Shown here one piece after another: positions 1 to 8,392 of a stretch of 64,000 nt of DNA. The notes beneath the pieces were generated by a model. The model ran no database searches. It was not told the origin of the DNA and saw only the letters and a list, made by a program, of their open reading frames with translations. The DNA comes from a virus (taxonomy: Duplodnaviria; Caudoviricetes), in IMG/VR virus record IMGVR_UViG_3300020179_000026, positions 1,990 to 65,989 of that record, one strand, 5' to 3'. The translations under genes and the position numbers were made by a program. Position 1 is the first letter of the stretch; each line of letters starts with the position of its first letter.

Positions 1-2
1 AA

Positions 3-152
3 GTTCAATTCAGATTCAAAACCTGTGCGTGGGATGCTTATGATCTTTGGATCACCAAGGTTGCCCGAATGAAAACAGGATGCAGCAAACAAATATTTAC
101 CAAACATTGCAGTGGTTATTCGCATGTGGACCGTTGCATGAAAACTTTTTAA
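3..152 (+). CDS. partial CDS (3' end), unknown, possibly a glycosyltransferase C-terminus
   Basis: Open frame from window edge (VQFRFKTCAW...KHCSGYSHVDRCMKTF) ending TAA at 150-152, just before the GT8 ATG. Confidence 0.5.
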   Translation, partial: VQFRFKTCAWDAYDLWITKVARMKTGCSKQIFTKHCSGYSHVDRCMKTF

Positions 153-153
153 T

Positions 154-813
154 ATGAATCGCGCCGTAATCACCACCATGATTGATGGGGAAGGCGAAAT
201 TATGGGAAACATAAGCATTCCCCGGATGGAGGATTATGCAAAAAAGGTGGGAGCCCGTTTGATTGTGATCAAAAAAAGATTTCCTCCGTTTGATTTCATT
301 GCCATGAGCAAATTTTTCATGGAACGCCATCTTCCAAACTATTCCGAGGGCATTTTTTATCTGGACACGGACGCCCTCATTAACCGGAACGCCCCGGACA
401 TTTTCAATCTGGCTCCATCACAAGGCATGAGTGCGGTATGGGATTCTAAAAATGATCAACCCAATCCGGAATGGAACAAATACATCAAAGCGGCGGCCGC
501 CCTGACAGAAATTGAACCGTGGGAGGGTTATTTTAACGGAGGTGTTTTATTGCTTCGCCCGGATGCAATCAAAATTTTTAGCAATCCGGAATACTTCAAA
601 CTGATGCCGTGGTACCCAGATCAAACCATCATGAATCTGAACCGGGCCCGATATAATATAAAATATCACAATCTTGGTTCACAATGGAATCTGATGGGAC
701 AGAATGGGGGGGACGAACAAAGCTGGAGCAAATGCAACGTGGCTCATTTTGCCGGGTATGATTTTCAAACTCGAATCAATTTAATGCATCAAATCAATCA
801 AATTTTACCGTAA
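154..813 (+). CDS. glycosyltransferase family 8 (GT-A fold)
   Basis: YLDTD (DxD), YFNGGVLL, DQTIMN, WN and HFAG motifs typical of GT8. Confidence 0.85.
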   Translation: MNRAVITTMIDGEGEIMGNISIPRMEDYAKKVGARLIVIKKRFPPFDFIAMSKFFMERHLPNYSEGIFYLDTDALINRNAPDIFNLAPSQGMSAVWDSKNDQPNPEWNKYIKAAAALTEIEPWEGYFNGGVLLLRPDAIKIFSNPEYFKLMPWYPDQTIMNLNRARYNIKYHNLGSQWNLMGQNGGDEQSWSKCNVAHFAGYDFQTRINLMHQINQILP

Positions 814-936
814 TTTTTTCTTTTTATCCCAACGAATCGTATCGTAATTTTGCCAAAACTTCTTGCTTATGCTCCGGGGACGGTCGCCTTTTCCGTTCTG
901 AACGGTGTTTAATTTGGCGGTTTTACCCTTGCTCAT
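805..936 (-). CDS. small basic phage protein (43 aa, not in ORF track)
   Basis: Manual translation MSKGKTAKLNTVQNGKGDRPRSISKKFWQNYDTIRWDKKKKLR; ATG overlaps the TGA of the 933-1145 ORF. Confidence 0.65.
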   Translation of the reverse strand: MSKGKTAKLNTVQNGKGDRPRSISKKFWQNYDTIRWDKKKKLR

Positions 937-1145
937 TCCAGAAAATTTAAAGGATCCTCTTCTTGTGTCAACATTTCTTCGCTTCGTTTACTGACCCGCA
1001 CAATGCTTTCATCAAACCTGTAATTTCCGCAAAAAATGCAGAATGCACTGTCTTTTGCATTCACATTATCGCAAGCTTCACATATTTTATAATAAAAAGG
1101 AAACCGTTTTACGTCCAAAAGCATTCTTTTTTGTTTACTATTCAC
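933..1145 (-). CDS. small zinc-ribbon protein
   Basis: CEAC-x10-CIFC pair. Confidence 0.7.
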   Translation of the reverse strand: MNSKQKRMLLDVKRFPFYYKICEACDNVNAKDSAFCIFCGNYRFDESIVRVSKRSEEMLTQEEDPLNFLE

Positions 1146-1163
1146 GATACATTAAATATTTAT

Positions 1164-1361
1164 ATGTCCAAAGCTGAAAAGGTAGAAGGAATTGTGAACC
1201 AAAAGATCACAGCGGATCTTGTTTTGGACATGTATGACAAATACAAACGGGAAAAAAACAAAGAAAAAAAGGAGGAGATTTTGCAAAAAGTAAAACTTTT
1301 GGCTAAAAATCTAAATCATTATCTGGTCATGCCCAAAGATTATGATAAATATTACAACTGA
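1164..1361 (+). CDS. hypothetical protein (start revised to MSKAEK)
   Basis: ATG at 1164 is 5 nt after TAAATA; the longer ORF-track version overlaps the antisense zinc-ribbon gene. Confidence 0.65.
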   Translation: MSKAEKVEGIVNQKITADLVLDMYDKYKREKNKEKKEEILQKVKLLAKNLNHYLVMPKDYDKYYN

Positions 1362-1609
1362 TGAAAGATTATCTGAAACAAATTGATTTGGAAAAGATTT
1401 ATGAAGGTACCATTCGCAACACCGGTCAGATGAGTGCACCCGATGCAAGCCAGATAAGCCCGGGAATCAACCGGGACAGCATGGCCAGCCAGAACATTTA
1501 CACACCAAACGACTATCGGATTGGTGAAAACGAGGAAGGCGAGAAAGAAACCAAGCTGCGGGAAGCGTTGAAAAAGATCAAAGAGATTTTAAATAATCTT
1601 GATCTATGA
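1361..1609 (+). CDS. hypothetical protein
   Basis: Overlapping stop/start with both neighbours; TAAATA at 1346-1351. Confidence 0.65.
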   Translation: MKDYLKQIDLEKIYEGTIRNTGQMSAPDASQISPGINRDSMASQNIYTPNDYRIGENEEGEKETKLREALKKIKEILNNLDL

Positions 1610-2139
1610 ACCAAATCAAAATATCCCCGAATAAAAGTGCCGAATTTGAAACGGCCATGAAGTTTGTACGGGAAGCAGAAGGTGGATATTACAACCACAA
1701 AAATGACCCCGGTGGGGAAACCATGTATGGGCTGACAAAGCGAGATTATCCTTTGCTGGATATTAAAAATCTTACCCGGGAACAAGCGGACGAAATTTTT
1801 TGGCAGGATTACTGGCTAAAAAGTGCGGCTCCACAGGTTCCGTTCCCTGCCTATATCAGTTATTTTGACAGTTGTGTAAACACAGGTCGTACCCAAGCCA
1901 ACAAGTTTCTACAAAGATGTGTAGGAGCAACAGCAGACGGTATTGTTGGGCCATATACCCGCAGTCTCATGAGCAAAAAAGATCCAAAAGATTTGGCTTT
2001 TGATATAATTGATCAACGGCAGACTTTTTATGATAATTTGTGTGAAAAACGCCCTAAGTTGGCTGTTTTCAAAAAAGGTTGGACGAATAGGAACAATAAT
2101 CTAAGAAAATATATAAAAAATTTGTTGGCCAAGGCTTGA
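1606..2139 (+). CDS. GH108 lysozyme with C-terminal peptidoglycan-binding region (candidate endolysin)
   Basis: EGGYYNHKNDPGGETMYG GH108 signature; ADGIVGPYT and F..GW.NR tail. Confidence 0.9.
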   Translation: MNQIKISPNKSAEFETAMKFVREAEGGYYNHKNDPGGETMYGLTKRDYPLLDIKNLTREQADEIFWQDYWLKSAAPQVPFPAYISYFDSCVNTGRTQANKFLQRCVGATADGIVGPYTRSLMSKKDPKDLAFDIIDQRQTFYDNLCEKRPKLAVFKKGWTNRNNNLRKYIKNLLAKA

Positions 2140-2240
2140 ATATCTTTGCAAAAAGATAAATATTATTAACAAAAACAACAACGTTTTGTAAAGAATCTTC
2201 TTTACAATTTTTTGACCCTGATATAATCGGGTCCAGCCAC

Positions 2241-2840
2241 ATGAAAAAAACACTATTAGCCGCAGCTTTGGTCATAGGGGTAGCAAACAGCTTCAGCACT
2301 GAAGCTGGCCGATGCGTTTTGTCCCAATCTGTGGTTAAACCTAATCTTACCCCCGCTGAATTCAAAACTTTCATGGGAGATGTGAGTAAACTGACCCGCA
2401 ATTACAGCAGCGGTCTTTGTGCCAAGTTCACCACGGCCCTGTTGGACAACCTGCACGAGCGAAACGGCAAGGCATTTCCTCAATTGGATTTGCGGGAAGG
2501 AAGGATAGTACGAGGGCGGAAAGGACGGCAAACCTATCCGGTCACCACTTCAAACAACGGCATATTGTATGCGAAAAACTACAAAAATGTATTTGAAAGC
2601 AAACATGATTTTGTAAAAATAGGCACAAAAGATGTGTTGTCCCTGCCTGAAAACACCATTGTGATTGCGGTTTATCAACCAAAACACAGTCGCAGGCCCG
2701 GACATATAGAGGTATTATTCAAGAAAAACAAACGACTTTATGCAGCATCCGACAAATTGGGGCGTCCTCTTTTTCATCACAAAAATACCTATCGTCAGGT
2801 AGACTTTTACTATCCTATTCGGGAGGATGGCCAAATATGA
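2241..2840 (+). CDS. secreted CHAP/NlpC-P60-like Cys-His hydrolase
   Basis: Signal-peptide-like N-terminus MKKTLLAAALVIG; SGLCAKF and PGHIEV candidate catalytic Cys/His motifs. Confidence 0.55.
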   Translation: MKKTLLAAALVIGVANSFSTEAGRCVLSQSVVKPNLTPAEFKTFMGDVSKLTRNYSSGLCAKFTTALLDNLHERNGKAFPQLDLREGRIVRGRKGRQTYPVTTSNNGILYAKNYKNVFESKHDFVKIGTKDVLSLPENTIVIAVYQPKHSRRPGHIEVLFKKNKRLYAASDKLGRPLFHHKNTYRQVDFYYPIREDGQI

Positions 2841-3316
2841 AAAGAATTATTTTCATATTAATAGCTTTGATAATTTTATATAATATAAGTTTCGTAGGCG
2901 TTAAACCTGTTAAGCCTGTGGGACCTATTATTTCCAAAAAATTGGATAATTTAAGCGGAAAGATTGTTGAACAAGGAATAATTGAAAAGAAAATAAAGGC
3001 AAGATTAACTGTATATTGGGCTAAAGGAGGGGACACCGACAGGGATACGGCCCGCAAAAAAAGCTCATCAGGAACACGTCTTCGTGAAGGGATAAGCGTG
3101 GCAGTCGATCCGCGCCTAATCCCCTTTTATAAGCGTTTATACATACCAAATTTGGGCATCAGGGTGGCTCATGACACCGGCACAGCTGTTAAGCAAAAGA
3201 AGGCAAGTGGAGGTAAACTGCCTGTTATAGACATATTTTTCGAAAAAAAGCAGGATGCTTTGAATTTTGCATATAATAACCCAAAAATAGTCACAGTCAG
3301 TGTTTATAAATATTAA
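2837..3316 (+). CDS. membrane-anchored 3D-domain protein (MltA-like lytic transglycosylase)
   Basis: N-terminal hydrophobic helix; three Asp motifs VAVDPRLIP, HDTG, IDIFF. Confidence 0.85.
   Translation: MKRIIFILIALIILYNISFVGVKPVKPVGPIISKKLDNLSGKIVEQGIIEKKIKARLTVYWAKGGDTDRDTARKKSSSGTRLREGISVAVDPRLIPFYKRLYIPNLGIRVAHDTGTAVKQKKASGGKLPVIDIFFEKKQDALNFAYNNPKIVTVSVYKY
3305..3312 (+). promoter_or_regulatory. T4-type late promoter TATAAATA
   Basis: Exact T4 gp55 consensus 5 nt upstream of in-frame GTG at 3318. Confidence 0.7.
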
Positions 3317-3317
3317 G

Positions 3318-3851
3318 GTGAGGTTTGAAGATAGAATAAGACAACTATTGTTGGAGGTAACACCAGATCTGCCTCCGCCACCTCCAGCCCTGGTTCAAAA
3401 AGCCGAAGCCAGTATCAAATACAGCGATATTGTGGCTGCAGCTCTGATTGGTGAAGCCGGGGGAGAGGGATATGAAGGCATGCAAGCTGTCATGAATGTG
3501 ATCATGAACAGGGTAAAAGGGGGGAATCCGTTCCGGGGTGCGGTTGATGTGGTGCTAAAACCCAAACAATTCAGCTTTTTTGATGATTATAACGCTGGAA
3601 GCGTGAAAATGGGGGACGTTGTAACCAAAGCCATGCAGCATCCCCGATGGGCTATGGCTAAAGAACTGGCCCTTGTAGGCATGCAAGGAAAGCTAGAGGA
3701 TCTTACTGGAGGAGCCACTCACTATCATGTAACCAAAGGACCCAGCAAAGTGAAACCTTATTGGAGCAGTCCTCAATTTGGCGGAAAAAACAAGGAAGCT
3801 CTAGCGACGAACACGATTGGCAGCCACACGTTTTTTAAAAACATTCGCTGA
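3318..3851 (+). CDS. SleB/Hydrolase_2 cell wall hydrolase (start revised to GTG 3318)
   Basis: GEAGGEG.EGMQAVMNVIMNRV, QFS, GATHYH, IGSHTFF motifs. Confidence 0.88.
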   Translation: MRFEDRIRQLLLEVTPDLPPPPPALVQKAEASIKYSDIVAAALIGEAGGEGYEGMQAVMNVIMNRVKGGNPFRGAVDVVLKPKQFSFFDDYNAGSVKMGDVVTKAMQHPRWAMAKELALVGMQGKLEDLTGGATHYHVTKGPSKVKPYWSSPQFGGKNKEALATNTIGSHTFFKNIR

Positions 3852-4055
3852 TTTTTTTTTCTTTTTTGCAGGAATTGCAAACAAAATCTGCATGCTGCCC
3901 GGATTGCTTGTGTCCCCTTTAAATCCGCTTGGATGTGTTGCTGTTTTGCCCCAATCAATGTTTGTTCCTTGAAAAGTCTTGGGAACTTTAGCCATGGGAA
4001 AAATATTAAAATCTTCCGTGAGTTTTTTAACAATCTTGTCAAAACATGTCGTCAT
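3801..4055 (-). CDS. small basic hypothetical protein
   Basis: ATG overlaps the stop of the upstream fibre gene; N-terminus FDKIVKKLTE; 3' end overlaps the convergent SleB gene. Confidence 0.5.
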   Translation of the reverse strand: MTTCFDKIVKKLTEDFNIFPMAKVPKTFQGTNIDWGKTATHPSGFKGDTSNPGSMQILFAIPAKKKKKSANVFKKRVAANRVRR

Positions 4056-5206
4056 GATGATGCTTTGATCAGCTTGCGAACAACTGCACTGGGCTGAATG
4101 GTGTTGTGGCCATCAGCTGCACCAGATCCTACGGTACCAGTTGCATCCACGGTACCTTGACTATAGGTATAGGAATAGTTTCCGTTTGAATTCTGAATAG
4201 TTAAACCTCCCACATAACCTATTCCATTCGGATTAAGAGAACCAGGTTGGCGGAATTCAGCTGTAACATCAAATTCACATTTACCTTCAGCTTCAGTCAA
4301 TACGTGATTTTCTTCACCTCCGGTGCTTCCCACTGCATTTGCTATGGTGGCGGTTCCTGTTCCGCCTGAACCCATGGTTACACGTCTGCGAAGATCCGGA
4401 AGATTGAATGTTGTGCTTCCGTCCCCAGCACCCCATGTGGTTCCCAAAACTGTGAAAAGTTGTGCATAGGTTGTGCGGGAAACAGGGGATCCATCGCATT
4501 CCAGATAAGTTGCAGGAGGTGCGCCAGATCCGGCCCAATCAATCACCGTTCCAATCGGATTGGTGGTGACCAAACCTGCCAAAAGAACCTGCAGATCCGA
4601 GGGTGTGAGATCTTGAACTGCACCACCGGTATTCAAACGACCTTTGATGGTGTTGGCCGGGGAAGATACCAATTTTGCATTTGTGATACTGTTGTCTGCA
4701 ACAATCATGCCTTGACTACCATCATAAGTCAGGCTGCTACCCAACTTTGTTTTTAAGATCGTATTGGTTCCTATCCGTTCCAGTCCGGAACCTATGCTTA
4801 TGCTCGCCAATTTGCTAGCCAAAAGACCGTTATCTGCCACACGAACAACGTTAGCCACCTGAATGAGTGTATTGTTATCGATTGTGAATTGACTGCCAAA
4901 AGGAGCAAATGCGCTTACTTTAGCAAAGTCTGTTCCGGTCAGCATGTATGTAAGATTTGTACCTGTATCAAAAACAAAATCTCCACTGGCCGGGGCAAGA
5001 CCTGTGCTAAGATTGGTATTGTTTCCACTAAATGTGGCAAATCCAAGATTCTTTGTTCCTACTGGAATACCTGCCAAACTTCCGGTGCCCACATAAAGAC
5101 GTTGGCTATCCGTACAATAACCTGGTTCACCTGGTTCCAGTGTAACATTTTTTCTTTCAGTTTCCGTACCCTGACGGAAAATGATCTTTTTGATCTCGGC
5201 TGCCAT
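4052..5206 (-). CDS. tail fibre protein with Mtd-N-like N-terminus and tail collar domain
   Basis: FRQGT...LEPGEPGYCTDSQRLYVG; PIGTVIDWAG...YLECDG..VSRTTYAQLF..LGTTWGAGDGSTTFNLPDLR. Confidence 0.88.
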   Translation of the reverse strand: MAAEIKKIIFRQGTETERKNVTLEPGEPGYCTDSQRLYVGTGSLAGIPVGTKNLGFATFSGNNTNLSTGLAPASGDFVFDTGTNLTYMLTGTDFAKVSAFAPFGSQFTIDNNTLIQVANVVRVADNGLLASKLASISIGSGLERIGTNTILKTKLGSSLTYDGSQGMIVADNSITNAKLVSSPANTIKGRLNTGGAVQDLTPSDLQVLLAGLVTTNPIGTVIDWAGSGAPPATYLECDGSPVSRTTYAQLFTVLGTTWGAGDGSTTFNLPDLRRRVTMGSGGTGTATIANAVGSTGGEENHVLTEAEGKCEFDVTAEFRQPGSLNPNGIGYVGGLTIQNSNGNYSYTYSQGTVDATGTVGSGAADGHNTIQPSAVVRKLIKASS

Positions 5207-5272
5207 TATTATTATTTATTTAATATATTGTTTTCTACAATTATTTTAAAAATATTATGATAAATAACTTAT

Positions 5273-5506
5273 ATGGTTAAAAAGGCTTATTCCGTGGTTG
5301 TGGATGGCGTAAACAGCCTGCGGGTTTTTGATGCAAATACAGGCACAACCGTAAGATCCCTGAAACTGCAAGAAACCTTACATTCCAGCCCAGTGGTGGT
5401 GGGTGACCGGGTCACGGTCATTGTGCAAAACAGTTCGGGTCATCGCAAAGGCATCATTTTTAAACTGCCTGGTCTTTCTCAAGTTTTTTCATTTCCGGTA
5501 GCTTGA
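5273..5506 (+). CDS. small beta-rich hypothetical protein
   Basis: TAAATA 6 nt upstream; SSPVVVGD resembles a PQQ-type propeller blade. Confidence 0.6.
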   Translation: MVKKAYSVVVDGVNSLRVFDANTGTTVRSLKLQETLHSSPVVVGDRVTVIVQNSSGHRKGIIFKLPGLSQVFSFPVA

Positions 5507-5536
5507 AAAACTTTGTGTGTACCTTACGATACACAC

Positions 5537-6040
5537 ATGACAACACTTACATTTAACGACACTGAAAAACCTGCCGATCTGGAAAAATTCCAGACAATCA
5601 CCTATCCAACTTTCTTTTTTGGTTTTGCCATAAGAAGCTTATACGATCAAAAACGTTTAAAAATTAAAAATGAATTCAACCCGCAATATATTGTTCACAA
5701 ATACGGAACCAAGCCAGAGGAAATCATGTTTCTTTATGGCATTACCGAACCCGTGTCCAATGACGTGTTGCCCTACATTTATCCTTTAAAAAACAATCCT
5801 CAAATGAATCACGAACAATATGAAGCGGTGTTAAGACCTTTGGATGTGGAATGCAACGACTGTTATTTGTTTTTGGGTAAAAATCTTTATCCGGTAAATT
5901 CGTTCTATGCTCACAGATTTTTTACAAAATCAAATTTTAAAAATATTTCAAACTATTCTGAAATTCTTGAACGAGATGTGGAATTGCCATTGCATCACAC
6001 AATTGCACCTTTCCACCTGTTTTTGCTTACTAATTATTGA
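5537..6040 (+). CDS. hypothetical protein
   Basis: ORF fills the gap; ATG 5537 follows TTGAAA-N16-TACGAT. Confidence 0.6.
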   Translation: MTTLTFNDTEKPADLEKFQTITYPTFFFGFAIRSLYDQKRLKIKNEFNPQYIVHKYGTKPEEIMFLYGITEPVSNDVLPYIYPLKNNPQMNHEQYEAVLRPLDVECNDCYLFLGKNLYPVNSFYAHRFFTKSNFKNISNYSEILERDVELPLHHTIAPFHLFLLTNY

Positions 6041-8391
6041 CCACCAACGACCGGATCATTTGGGGGATTGCTGCCCTTGATGTTGTAAGCCATGTTTTGA
6101 GGTTCTGGAACCACTCGATCCGTGTTGTTGCAAGCCTGACCAACATTACGAACATCCTTATTTTCCGAAAGAAGATTAAGGGGAAGATTTTTAAACAAAT
6201 GGCTGTGACTGTATGTGAATAAACAATTGTCGTCTGCTGTACCATTTCCGGGTTTTCCTCCAGCTGGTACACGACTATACACTTTTGTCCAATTACCGCA
6301 TACATCTGGAACAAAATCACCCGGGCAGGGGCTAACATATCCTATAACCAATTTTGACATATTATTGCTTTTACCATATACAAAACTTTTTTCAGTTTCC
6401 TGGATTTCAACCGGGGCAGTAATGTGATTTATCGTTAGTTCTCCTTCAATGTGCGCTCCACCACCGACAACAAGGTTTCTGCTTACCCCTAAACTTGAAT
6501 CCACCATGACCTGTTCATAATTGCGCTGACGCAACACGAGAATGTCACTGGTGATAACTGTTCGGTTTCCTCCATCAATATTCAATTCGTACTGAGCTCC
6601 GATGTTGGTTTGTTGACCGGCAATATTGGTTATGGTTCCGCTCATTTCAATCGGACCCAGTGTTTTTATATTGATTCCTCCTGATCCTACCTGAAGAGTA
6701 TACCGATTACAGGCATTAACGGTATAATTCCCCCCGGGAAGATCATCTACATGAACAGGCTCGATCAATGGGCTTGGTTTTTGGTTTTCGAATACACCAA
6801 GCTCCCCTACCTGAACTTTATAATTGTAAATTTTACCCTCCGCATCAATCCGTATGCTTCCAAAATCATTCATGACCTGACCAATCATGTCAAATTTATG
6901 TTTGGGTATTTCTGTTACCAAACTTCCTCCTGCTCCCATATTTTCCTCTATTTTCGAAAATTCAACAATTTTGTCCTTGTATAATTGTTCCAGCTTTTTC
7001 TTTTCAGGATTTTCTTCCCATTTACCATCCATGCTGCTGGGGCTAAGTTTTTGACCTTTACAAACGGGACATTGCGGAGGAGGAGGAAATGCTATCAGTT
7101 TGGCTGCCGGTTGTTTTCCTTGAGGATCCACTGTTTCATATTTGTCCACACCATTGCTGCTAAAAGTAACCACCGGAATGATTACTTGGTTAAATTTGTT
7201 GTTTACTGCATAGTATTTCCGGTCTTTGGAACAAACAGGACAAGGTCCGGGCTTTCCTTTTTGCTTTTGATTGGTACTACTGACACGGTTAGGATCCCCG
7301 TCCTTTTTCTTGGTTCGATCAATTTCAAACAATTGTTTAAGATCCGCAATAGGATCCATCAATGTTTTCCATTGCTGTTGATATTGAGGATCTTGTTCTC
7401 CCACCTTAAAATAATAATTTCCTTTTACCACGATATCCAAATCACCTCCAACATACAGGCTATTATTACCTTTTACTGTTGTGAATTTGTCCGCCAAAAC
7501 AAGCTGTTGGTCGTTTTTTACGGATAATCTGCTTGTGGTTGCATTATTGAATTCCAAAAAAGATCCGGAATAATGGCTAAGTTTCAATACTTCTTTTGTG
7601 TCTGTGTTTACAAATTCAATAGTTCCTCCTTTTTGAGAAAACACGGATTTATTTCGGTATGTTTCAGCATCTATTTGCTGAACATTTAAAGTTGTATCGT
7701 TTTTGTCAAAATTTTCGTAGGCACCCGGATAATCTTCCGCCACACCATAGTCATCCTGATAAATTCCATTCCAAGCGGTTTGGCCAAAACTGGTGGCCCA
7801 ATAAACCGGACGCATGGGGTTTCCATCATAAAAGAAAACCCAAAGGTGTGCTCCCACGTTGGGAACACAGAAAACACCCTTGGCCCGGTTACTATAACAG
7901 CTGGGAACATAACCATATGCATTTGGATTGACATGAGCCACGTTATTTGCCGGAGCAGAATTAAAAGCATCGCTCAAAGGAACAGTAGACCGTTCATAAA
8001 CGTTTCCAGGTTTTTCACCTATGCCATCCGTGTTTTGACTAAATGCCGTGGTTTCAAAATTTTCTTGCGGTTTGCAGGTATCGATCAATGAGCTATCGCT
8101 GATGGATCCAAATTTTTCTGTGGCATTATATCTTCCGCTGGCAGCCCCACCGAAAAGAGGCATGGCACAATCCGCCCAGGGTAATATCTTTTTAAGATCC
8201 TCCAATATGTCATTGATGCTGCTATTCAAGTTTTGACCAATAAAATTAAATTCCTTATCAACTTGAACTTCGTTCCATTTGTTATAAACCGTGGGAGTCA
8301 CGTGTGGAACAAACACTTTGACACGACCTCGTTGTTCCGGGTCGTTGTTTTGAACCACTATGCCCAGATAATGACCATCATATCTTTTCAT
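6034..8391 (-). CDS. gp5: baseplate hub/central spike protein (gp5/VgrG-like), no lysozyme domain seen
   Basis: OB-fold motifs YLGIVVQNNDPEQRGRVKV and PNVGAHLWVFFYDGNPMRP; beta-helix-like V.GN repeats; late HSH motif. Confidence 0.85.
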   Translation of the reverse strand: MKRYDGHYLGIVVQNNDPEQRGRVKVFVPHVTPTVYNKWNEVQVDKEFNFIGQNLNSSINDILEDLKKILPWADCAMPLFGGAASGRYNATEKFGSISDSSLIDTCKPQENFETTAFSQNTDGIGEKPGNVYERSTVPLSDAFNSAPANNVAHVNPNAYGYVPSCYSNRAKGVFCVPNVGAHLWVFFYDGNPMRPVYWATSFGQTAWNGIYQDDYGVAEDYPGAYENFDKNDTTLNVQQIDAETYRNKSVFSQKGGTIEFVNTDTKEVLKLSHYSGSFLEFNNATTSRLSVKNDQQLVLADKFTTVKGNNSLYVGGDLDIVVKGNYYFKVGEQDPQYQQQWKTLMDPIADLKQLFEIDRTKKKDGDPNRVSSTNQKQKGKPGPCPVCSKDRKYYAVNNKFNQVIIPVVTFSSNGVDKYETVDPQGKQPAAKLIAFPPPPQCPVCKGQKLSPSSMDGKWEENPEKKKLEQLYKDKIVEFSKIEENMGAGGSLVTEIPKHKFDMIGQVMNDFGSIRIDAEGKIYNYKVQVGELGVFENQKPSPLIEPVHVDDLPGGNYTVNACNRYTLQVGSGGINIKTLGPIEMSGTITNIAGQQTNIGAQYELNIDGGNRTVITSDILVLRQRNYEQVMVDSSLGVSRNLVVGGGAHIEGELTINHITAPVEIQETEKSFVYGKSNNMSKLVIGYVSPCPGDFVPDVCGNWTKVYSRVPAGGKPGNGTADDNCLFTYSHSHLFKNLPLNLLSENKDVRNVGQACNNTDRVVPEPQNMAYNIKGSNPPNDPVVGGQ

Positions 8392-8392
8392 A

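Noticed and set aside
4052-5206. Diversity-generating retroelement target because of the Mtd-N-like domain
   Set aside because: No reverse transcriptase or template/variable repeat pair seen in the window; the C-terminus is a collar-type domain
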